Part shown: positions 35,801-42,583 of the stretch, in pieces
How positions within the stretch are numbered: the first letter of the stretch is position 1
Layout: every line of letters begins with the position of its first letter
Virus record (IMG/VR): IMGVR_UViG_3300044477_000049
Coordinates: 1-42,583 of that record
Length of the DNA stretch: 42,583 nt
Strand: one strand, 5' to 3'
From: a virus
Taxonomy: Duplodnaviria; Caudoviricetes
The notes under the pieces: model-generated
The model's database searches: none
Told to the model about the DNA's origin: nothing
What the model saw: only the letters and a program-made list of their open reading frames with translations
Program-made: the position numbers and the translations under genes

Positions 35801-36318
35801 TTATCCCTCCATTTAATATCAACCTTTCCCGTACATTCGCCGATAACTTTCAATATTCTGAAAATGTCGCCGGGTTGCAATCGTGCGAGTCGTTCGGCTT
35901 CGGTTCGTGATGATTGTTCTGAATCGTGAATATAATGAGTCGTGTTTGTTTTTGTGTTTAGGACGTAAAATTGATCTGATTGTTTTTCAGGTTTTGATTT
36001 TTCATTGATATCGAGTTTTTTAAATATTGCAGATGTTTTATCTTTTCTCTTCAAATCGGCGCAAAGCACTTTATCACAAAAACCACCCGTAAACTCACCG
36101 ATACAAGTATCACAATCACTATGACTAATAACCTCCATCCATTTCACATCCTGAAAATACACATACGATCCTATTTCAAAATCACGATTTTCTGTTGAAA
36201 AGTTCGGTGAAAAATAAATTGGAAACTTTTCAATCTTGTCTATTATTTGTTCATTTGAATATGAAGATGATAACCACTCATAAAACTTTCCGTCAATCCA
36301 TTCTACATAAACTTTCAT
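35797..36318 (-). CDS. Cys-motif hypothetical protein (paralog of 36921-37406)
   Basis: CxxC...C....C....R.DKTSAIFKKLD; C-terminal H.SEQS..TEAERLAR. Confidence 0.7.
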   Translation of the reverse strand: MKVYVEWIDGKFYEWLSSSYSNEQIIDKIEKFPIYFSPNFSTENRDFEIGSYVYFQDVKWMEVISHSDCDTCIGEFTGGFCDKVLCADLKRKDKTSAIFKKLDINEKSKPEKQSDQFYVLNTKTNTTHYIHDSEQSSRTEAERLARLQPGDIFRILKVIGECTGKVDIKWRDK

Positions 36319-36515
36319 TTCGACACCTCTTTTAATTTTGCTTTTTCGCGATTCTTTATTCTCTGTCTTTCCGCGCTTCGTAACTCATTGCGCATTTTGG
36401 CTTTATTCTGACATGTCCAACAATATAACGCATTCGGCGGCCGTTGTGTTGGTTTTCCGCATGTATAGCAAATTCCCTTTTTACGATCAGCGGGAAGTTT
36501 ATTTCCTGTTCTCAT
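36315..36515 (-). CDS. Small zinc-finger protein
   Basis: CYTCG...YCWTC and a basic tail. Confidence 0.6.
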   Translation of the reverse strand: MRTGNKLPADRKKGICYTCGKPTQRPPNALYCWTCQNKAKMRNELRSAERQRIKNREKAKLKEVSK

Positions 36516-36694
36516 TATCCAATCCACCTCCCATATTTTGCGTCAATATAATCGTCCATCGTTTTGCGCACGGTTGATATAAATTCTTTTGATAAATCTC
36601 GGCATTCACAATTCAGATAAAGCATATTCAAATCATTCAGGATCGGATCGGCTGCCATTTTATCGCGTACAGTTTTGATGATGTTTGCGTGCAT
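36515..36694 (-). CDS. Hypothetical protein (59 aa)
   Basis: RBS AGGAGG; MHANIIKTVRDK...; TAATG overlap with the next gene. Confidence 0.6.
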   Translation of the reverse strand: MHANIIKTVRDKMAADPILNDLNMLYLNCECRDLSKEFISTVRKTMDDYIDAKYGRWIG

Positions 36695-36732
36695 GGTGAA
36701 TCCTCCTGTTTTTGGGATTTTGTTATTTCAAT

Positions 36733-36924
36733 TTAGCTTATTGAAATCAATAAACTATGTTTTCCGATATGGATTGAAATATCGAACGATTCCCATATTT
36801 CATTTGCATAACATGAACAAATAACAATTGAAAATTTGTAAATCAATAGATCGAGTAAATTGAAATCCCCAAAAAACCTTTCCATCAGATAAAACGATAC
36901 TTTTTCTTTTTGAATTATTTTCAT
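36733..36924 (-). CDS. Hypothetical protein
   Basis: RBS AGGAGG; ATGA overlap. Confidence 0.5.
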   Translation of the reverse strand: MKIIQKEKVSFYLMERFFGDFNLLDLLIYKFSIVICSCYANEIWESFDISIHIGKHSLLISIS

Positions 36925-37406
36925 TTTGATTCCTCCTGTTTTGCGCGGGCTATGAACGCGTCCGTGCTTTTAAAAGCCAAATCCAAAACGAGTGTCTCAT
37001 CGGCAATTGATTCTGCTGTTATAAGTTTAAACATTTCCCATGCCATCCTGTCCCGATCATTGTCGAGAATCACGGTCGGCTGCGGGTTGGGCGATTTTTC
37101 GGGTTCGAGTGTTTCGTCGAGCTTGCGGAAAATTACAGATGTTTTATCCGCGCGGTCATATTGAGAACACTGCCCCTCGATACATACGCTTGAATCCATA
37201 CACGCACAGTTCGTGCACCCGTCTTGAACAACAACTTCCGTCCAGTATTTTAGATCCTCAAACCACACGCGATCACCGGGGGCGAATTGTGGGTTGTCTG
37301 CGTTTGCGCCTTTATCAATATAATTATACGGACGTAGTTTTATTGTATCCCACATAATTTCCGGAAAGAAATAAAAACTGTTTTTAAGTTGTACATAAAT
37401 TTTCAT
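36921..37406 (-). CDS. Cys-motif hypothetical protein (paralog of 35797-36318)
   Basis: CTNC...C....C....RADKTSVIFRKLD. Confidence 0.7.
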   Translation of the reverse strand: MKIYVQLKNSFYFFPEIMWDTIKLRPYNYIDKGANADNPQFAPGDRVWFEDLKYWTEVVVQDGCTNCACMDSSVCIEGQCSQYDRADKTSVIFRKLDETLEPEKSPNPQPTVILDNDRDRMAWEMFKLITAESIADETLVLDLAFKSTDAFIARAKQEESK

Positions 37407-37771
37407 TTCATCGCCTCCATTTTTTCGTTATACGCTTTTATTGCGTCGTCTATCGTCATGCCGGTTGCGCGTTGGATAATGTTTTTTGCATTATTTATGA
37501 CGCACTTTAGTTTTTTACAATTTATTTCATCTTCCATGCAATGTGTGCATTTCCATTGATTATATCTGTATTGCGCAATTAGCGCATCCAACATTTCAGG
37601 CGCAGCGGCGATTAAGGTTGCGTTGGCATCTATAATATTTTGCGAGTTCAATCTGCTTGAAACAGAGTCGCCTATAATGTAACAAATTATAGTGTTTTCA
37701 CTTTCAATTCTAATATGATGAGGCTGGCTATCGTATTCCCACGGCCCTGGCGTGTGTTTAAATCCGTTCAT
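37403..37771 (-). CDS. Conserved phage hypothetical protein
   Basis: KHTPGPW...ANATLIAAAPEMLDAL. Confidence 0.8.
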   Translation of the reverse strand: MNGFKHTPGPWEYDSQPHHIRIESENTIICYIIGDSVSSRLNSQNIIDANATLIAAAPEMLDALIAQYRYNQWKCTHCMEDEINCKKLKCVINNAKNIIQRATGMTIDDAIKAYNEKMEAMK

Positions 37772-38130
37772 TTTGACATCTCCTCATCATTATCCAAAAT
37801 TCCAAATGGTGAACCGTCTTCGAAAGTAAATTTTTCAAATGCATTTGACCATTCAAAGAAACATTCGGGAGCAAAAAAACCAACGTCATTAAATGCGGTA
37901 ATTCGTGCTGTACCATTCCTTATTTTGTTAAGTACCCACTTATCCCGATACGGCGCGAACTCTTCCGCGTTTTTGAATGGTCGGTATTTTGGTTCGGGGG
38001 CGATTTTATATGCTGATAATGGTGCGGTAAAAGACATATTATCGTATATATTACCGTCCAATATTATGTTCTTTCCTTCCCCAAATGCCTTAACAAAAGG
38101 CCATATTTTCAATGCATGTTCTCGTGTCAT
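37768..38130 (-). CDS. Conserved phage hypothetical protein
   Basis: Start at MTREHA; VKAFGEGK, YRPFKNAEE and FTFEDGSPFG patterns. Confidence 0.75.
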   Translation of the reverse strand: MTREHALKIWPFVKAFGEGKNIILDGNIYDNMSFTAPLSAYKIAPEPKYRPFKNAEEFAPYRDKWVLNKIRNGTARITAFNDVGFFAPECFFEWSNAFEKFTFEDGSPFGILDNDEEMSK

Positions 38131-38407
38131 TTTCCCCCTTTGTGGCATCAAGTGCCGTTTGCATTTCTTTGATTGCTTCGCGGTAAGCATTATAAATATC
38201 AACAACCATGTCATCGGATTCACATATAACACCGTCTTTATTCCATTCATCATACAACCGCTCCGCCCGTTCAAATGCAGTTTCTTGTTTTTCCATGTAG
38301 CCATATGCACCAAGTCGTTCAATGTAGGCGGCTTTACCATGTCTATGTGCAAAATCATAAATTTCTTCCGCCTGTTCTTTCGTCAGTTTTGGTTTTTCTG
38401 TGGTCAT
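38090..38407 (-). CDS. Hypothetical protein
   Basis: Lies in the coupled operon; ATGA overlap upstream. Confidence 0.55.
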   Translation of the reverse strand: MTTEKPKLTKEQAEEIYDFAHRHGKAAYIERLGAYGYMEKQETAFERAERLYDEWNKDGVICESDDMVVDIYNAYREAIKEMQTALDATKGENDTRTCIENMAFC

Positions 38408-38583
38408 TTTGATACATCGTTATAATCGCAAATGACGTATTGTTCTTTTTCGTTATGTTCTTTGCACCAACACATTGCCTTACAAAATGCAGATCCTACC
38501 TTTACATCATTTTCATGTTTGCATTTTGTCAGACAATCTTCGTGATTGAAGCCGCCTAATTTATAATATATTTTTTCGCTCAT
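38404..38583 (-). CDS. Small Cys-rich protein
   Basis: C...C.....VGS..C...C pattern; start at MSEK. Confidence 0.6.
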   Translation of the reverse strand: MSEKIYYKLGGFNHEDCLTKCKHENDVKVGSAFCKAMCWCKEHNEKEQYVICDYNDVSK

Positions 38584-38774
38584 TTTAATCCCCCTTCTTG
38601 ACAATTTTCGTCAACTTTCACCTCTTCACGTCTGTCAATTTCAGCAAATCCAATATCAACCAACTCTTCCAGCACGTCAGATAAAGAGATAAATTTCCCG
38701 CGCTTTTCCGTTTCCGTCTTTGATCTTTCGGTTATTCTCTTATGCTGATCGTCCATTATAAACATAGTTTTCAT
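38580..38774 (-). CDS. Small putative ribbon-helix-helix regulator, first gene of the leftward arm
   Basis: MKTMFIMDDQHKRI...ISLSDVLEELV; RBS AAGGAG. Confidence 0.5.
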   Translation of the reverse strand: MKTMFIMDDQHKRITERSKTETEKRGKFISLSDVLEELVDIGFAEIDRREEVKVDENCQEGGLK

Positions 38775-39061
38775 ATAGTCAAAACTCCTTTCTGTTCGTT
38801 TTTCATAATTCAATAATCAATCAATCTTATTCAATGAAACACATTATAAATAACTTACAAATAATTACAAGCACAATTTATAGTTAAATAATAAAAAAAC
38901 ATGCAAGGGGATGAAATATTATTACAAGTCATAATCTTTGACCCTTGTTTTATAACCTTTTTCGTAATTTTTAAACTGACATATAAAAATAAATGTTCAT
39001 ATAATAAATCAATGAAATCAATATTGATATGCATTTCACTTATTTTTACATACAAATTTGA

Positions 39062-39147
39062 ATACCTTTTATATATATTATTATAAGATTATGATTATTA
39101 TATATATATAAAGGGGTATGGTTCTAAATGGGTCTATATGGGTCAAA
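39062..39147. repeat. Imperfect AT-rich palindrome plus three tandem 10-mers (candidate origin)
   Basis: ATACCTTTTATATATAT...ATATATATAAAGGGGTAT; ATGGTTCTAA ATGGGTCTAT ATGGGTCAAA. Confidence 0.5.
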
Positions 39148-39506
39148 ATATGTGCTTGTGTATATCTCTATATATATAGGATTTTTAGCGTAATTCTATA
39201 ATATTGCTGTTGATAACTCCATAAGTCCTGATTTGTCCAGTACTTATAACGTTATAATCTTTCGTTAGTAGTGTATAATAATATACAAAAATCGTAATGT
39301 GTCAGTTTTTTAAATACATAGGGTGGGTATCAGTCTATTTCAGATGTTATTTGTCTGATATTCGTGTGTGTTTGCGCAAATAGACGGCTATGACGTATGC
39401 ATAGCACCCGTACCGGGGTTTTTTCAAGGTACTGACTCAAAGTCAATAGTTGACTAGGGGTAAATTTCGCCCGCCCTTGTTTCTAGCTCAGACGGCCGCC
39501 GTCAAC

Positions 39507-39547
39507 TTGACAATGTAAATGTCTTGACAACAGGAAATAAATTGACA
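39507..39547 (+). promoter_or_regulatory. Promoter region of the terminase operon
   Basis: Three TTGACA hexamers; CTTGACAACAGGAAATAAATTGACA resembles the repeated motif. Confidence 0.5.
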
Positions 39548-39592
39548 TCAACTCATTTCAGGAACCACAACCGACAATAAAATAAAAATTGC

Positions 39593-40240
39593 ATGAAAAA
39601 TAAAGAATCAGAAATCATATCACAATCAAAAGCCGCATCCGACGCAGGCATATCCAGACAAGCCATAAATGGCATGTTTAAAAAAGGCGTTTCTCAATTC
39701 AGGTTTTTTACTGACGATGGAAAAGTCAATTCGTCTCACCCTGATTGGTTAACCTACCTAGATGAACGACGCACAAAATCAAACGGCGGCGGGTCAAGGT
39801 CGGTCAAGAATAATCCACAGCCACACAATGACCGACAGCGCGGGGATGAACTCGGGAAACAAAAACGCGGACGCGACGATAAACCACAACCGGCGGCGGG
39901 ATGGTCAAGGGAGCACGCACTCACAGGCGGATTTGATCCATCTCAGTTTGTCCCGACGAATACAAGCCAACTCAAATCATTGACTGACATCGTGGCACGC
40001 AATCTTGAAATCAGAATGAAACTCGGAGACCTTATCCCCCGGAGCATGGTTGACTTATATATCGACCGGATCGGACAGGGGCTCAATCAGTTTGTCTCGC
40101 TCGGTCGTTCGGTATCATCGGACATCTGCGAAAAGCTTGACCGCGTGGGAATGGAGCGCGAAATTGAGAAGATGATCAACCCGAAAGTGAAAGCGATCAT
40201 AGAACAGATTATTGAGAGCTGCAATAATGCAAAAAAATAA
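39593..40240 (+). CDS. Terminase small subunit
   Basis: N-terminal HTH (SQSKAASDAGISRQAI); C-terminal LEIRMKLGDLIP; directly upstream of TerL. Confidence 0.8.
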   Translation: MKNKESEIISQSKAASDAGISRQAINGMFKKGVSQFRFFTDDGKVNSSHPDWLTYLDERRTKSNGGGSRSVKNNPQPHNDRQRGDELGKQKRGRDDKPQPAAGWSREHALTGGFDPSQFVPTNTSQLKSLTDIVARNLEIRMKLGDLIPRSMVDLYIDRIGQGLNQFVSLGRSVSSDICEKLDRVGMEREIEKMINPKVKAIIEQIIESCNNAKK

Positions 40241-42242
40241 TCTTCGTGGCTTACCTCAACTTATATTACCCCTCGACATTGAAAACGAAATGCACGAATA
40301 TATTCAAGGTCGGATTCAGGCATTCCCGCGTGAGGCGATAGTTGAAACGGTGAGCGAATGGGCAGAGAAAAATAGGATTCTCGGATCAGGGATAACGGCG
40401 CGCCCGGGACGGGTTGATTTTTCCGTTACTCCGTTTTTGCGTGAGATTGTCGATTGTCTTTCGGACTGCTCACCGGTGCAGGAAGTTTATTTGATCAAAG
40501 GCACTCAACAGGGCGGATCAGTCATGATCCTTGAAAACCACATGGGGTATTGTATCAAGTATGGCATAGGTCCATTGTTATATGTCGGCGGTGATCAGGC
40601 AATGGCCGAAGACGTGATGGAAAAGCGCGTTGATGAAATGATTGAATCGGCAGGATTGCAAGGACGGATCAAAGCCAACGTCATTAAGGCTAAAGGAAAA
40701 TCAACTGGAGACCGTGCGGACTCGAAATCATACGGCGGTACATTTATGCGGGCGGTCGGTCCTAACTCTGAAAGCAAGCTCCGAACTTTCCCTATGCGCA
40801 TTTTGCACCTTGACGAAACAGACGTATATCCACAGCGAATTGTCAAGGGTTCTGATTCGTCCGCCGATCCAATTGAAAAAGCCAACCGCCGCGCTGATAG
40901 TTACGGGAACATAAAAAAGATTGCAGGAATATCAACCCCAAAAGATGAAACGACAAGCCGCATTGAGAAGTTGGTCAATGAAGGCGACAAACGATATTAC
41001 AATATCACGTGCCCGAAGTGCGGATTTCAGCAACCGTTACTATGGACTAATTTCAAATGGGATAAAACGCCCGAAGGAAAACCGGACATCCGCCGCGATA
41101 TCATCAATGGTGTTGAAGTCATTACAAAAGACCCGACATATTTTATTTGCGCTGATGAAAAATGCGGTCATAAGATATATCACAAAGACAAGCGCGAAAT
41201 TTTACAGGAAAAAGGTCACGGCGGTTCTGCTGAATGGATACCGACAAAAAAATCAGATCGTCCATTCGTTCAATCCTATGTTCTCCCCGCGTGGTATGGG
41301 TTCCGAACGTGGCTTGATATTTTGATACAATGGGAGCGCGTGAAAGATGATCCATTTTTATTGCCCACATTTGTCAATGACGTCATGGCCGAAACGTGGA
41401 AAGAAAACACCGTCAAACCGAACGAGAATGAGCTTTATCTTCTCGCGCAAGAATACGAACATTGGAAGCGCGGCGAAATTAAACGTGAAATTATTTACCT
41501 CACACTTGCAGCGGACATCCAAAAGGATCGTATTGAGTGCGGACTTGTTGGATGGGGAAGAAATCGTCAGGGCTATTTGATTGATTACTGGACTCATTCA
41601 GGCGATCCGTCAACAGTTGAAAATGTTTGTTGGAAAAAATTGTCAGAAAACATACAGGCGAAATACATGCGCGAAGACGGACAGGAATTATTTGTTCAGG
41701 TCGCGTTTGTTGACTCTCAATATCTATCCGATACAGTCGATTTATTTTGTGACAGTTTCCCATACGATCCGAACGGAATTGCGGGAGTGTACCCGATTCA
41801 AGGACGAGAATCACAAGACAAGCTGATTAAGCGATTCAAGAGCAATATCAAGACTCCGGTTATTGGATTGCATGATCAGCAATATAAATTAGCATTATAT
41901 AATATTCTTCGTAAGCGTCCACAAGGTCCCGGATCGTTCCCGTCTCATTACCTTCATTTTTCTTATGAATATGATAATGAATTATATAAACAATTAACGG
42001 CCGAGGAAATAGTAAAAATAACAGTGAAGGGCGAAGTCAAAGGCGTAAAAATATTAAACACAAAACAAAAAAGAAACGAGGTTCTTGACGTTATGAAAAT
42101 GAACATGGGAGCTTTGCAGTTTTCGATAGATAAATTTTTTGAATTATTGAATGAAAACCAAAAACTTCAAAAGAGAAGCGAGATTCAAGAGTCAAGTGAT
42201 TTGTTTTTTGACCATATTGAAAATACGCTATATTCAGATTAA
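40227..42242 (+). CDS. Terminase large subunit, lambda gpA family
   Basis: TVSEWAE, TPFLREI, KGTQQG, ILHLDETD, ISTP, CPKCG, ADIQKDR, AFVDS and RNEVLD motifs. Confidence 0.95.
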   Translation: MQKNNLRGLPQLILPLDIENEMHEYIQGRIQAFPREAIVETVSEWAEKNRILGSGITARPGRVDFSVTPFLREIVDCLSDCSPVQEVYLIKGTQQGGSVMILENHMGYCIKYGIGPLLYVGGDQAMAEDVMEKRVDEMIESAGLQGRIKANVIKAKGKSTGDRADSKSYGGTFMRAVGPNSESKLRTFPMRILHLDETDVYPQRIVKGSDSSADPIEKANRRADSYGNIKKIAGISTPKDETTSRIEKLVNEGDKRYYNITCPKCGFQQPLLWTNFKWDKTPEGKPDIRRDIINGVEVITKDPTYFICADEKCGHKIYHKDKREILQEKGHGGSAEWIPTKKSDRPFVQSYVLPAWYGFRTWLDILIQWERVKDDPFLLPTFVNDVMAETWKENTVKPNENELYLLAQEYEHWKRGEIKREIIYLTLAADIQKDRIECGLVGWGRNRQGYLIDYWTHSGDPSTVENVCWKKLSENIQAKYMREDGQELFVQVAFVDSQYLSDTVDLFCDSFPYDPNGIAGVYPIQGRESQDKLIKRFKSNIKTPVIGLHDQQYKLALYNILRKRPQGPGSFPSHYLHFSYEYDNELYKQLTAEEIVKITVKGEVKGVKILNTKQKRNEVLDVMKMNMGALQFSIDKFFELLNENQKLQKRSEIQESSDLFFDHIENTLYSD

Positions 42243-42583
42243 CTTATTTCCTTTTTTTATATTTTCCTTAGCCCATAATGGTTGAAGATTTGTATAATTA
42301 AAACATTTTTTTTGTTGGTCAGGTATTGTTAAATCAAATAATGAACATGGTATTATGTGGTCGATATGCCACCCCTTCAAGCCATAATTTGACCAAGACA
42401 TTCCAGGTTTAAATTGCTTTTCGATATGTTTTATACATTCGTCTATTGTGCAACCAATAAGATCCATTGATAAAAATGCTTTTTTAGAGTATTGATTTTT
42501 TATAGCTGTCGATATTCTCGCCCTCAACCTATGTGAAAGCATGAACGCATTATCATTTTTAATTCTATTTTTTTGGTATTCTG
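42234..42583 (-). CDS. HNH endonuclease (partial; 5' end outside window)
   Basis: LIGC...GMSWSNYG..WHIDHIIP...CFNYTNLQPLWAKEN..K; frame open to the window edge. Confidence 0.88.
   Translation of the reverse strand, partial: EYQKNRIKNDNAFMLSHRLRARISTAIKNQYSKKAFLSMDLIGCTIDECIKHIEKQFKPGMSWSNYGLKGWHIDHIIPCSLFDLTIPDQQKKCFNYTNLQPLWAKENIKKGNKLI

Noticed and set aside
37715-38425. 236-aa + strand ORF
   Set aside because: Antisense to a tightly coupled - strand operon with recognisable phage proteins; no motifs; likely a shadow ORF
38820-39590. CRISPR mini-array or coding ORFs in the large intergenic region
   Set aside because: No regularly spaced 25-40 bp repeats; the short ORFs there are low-complexity AT-rich frames without RBS

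Overview
This window is most of a tailed dsDNA phage genome (myovirus-like, Mu-type contractile tail, lambda gpA-type terminase), cut between terminase and prohead protease; no portal or integrase is visible. The + strand (123-15608) carries the virion module: Clp protease/scaffold, decoration protein, major capsid, head-tail genes, sheath, tube, frameshifted tail chaperone, tape measure, Mu gp43-48-like baseplate and tail fibre. A long - strand arm (38.8 kb down to 15.7 kb) carries a primase-helicase, two DNA methyltransferases, an SNF2-like and an SF2 helicase, SSB, YqaJ/RecT recombination genes, dispersed lysis genes and many small ORFs. An AT-rich divergent intergenic region (38.8-39.6 kb) precedes the small and large terminase and a partial antisense HNH gene. 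The tail fibre motifs suggest a spirochaete host (inference). The most unusual locus is 26.27-26.9 kb, where two tRNA-like RNAs with enlarged anticodon arms flank two ORFs absent from the ORF track. One is a 52-aa stand-alone NrdD glycyl-radical domain, a candidate spare part for class III ribonucleotide reductase. Also notable are a lipoprotein/soluble paralog pair next to the tail fibre, a hyper-acidic 50-aa peptide and a repeated promoter/operator motif. All product calls come from motif recognition by eye, not database searches.
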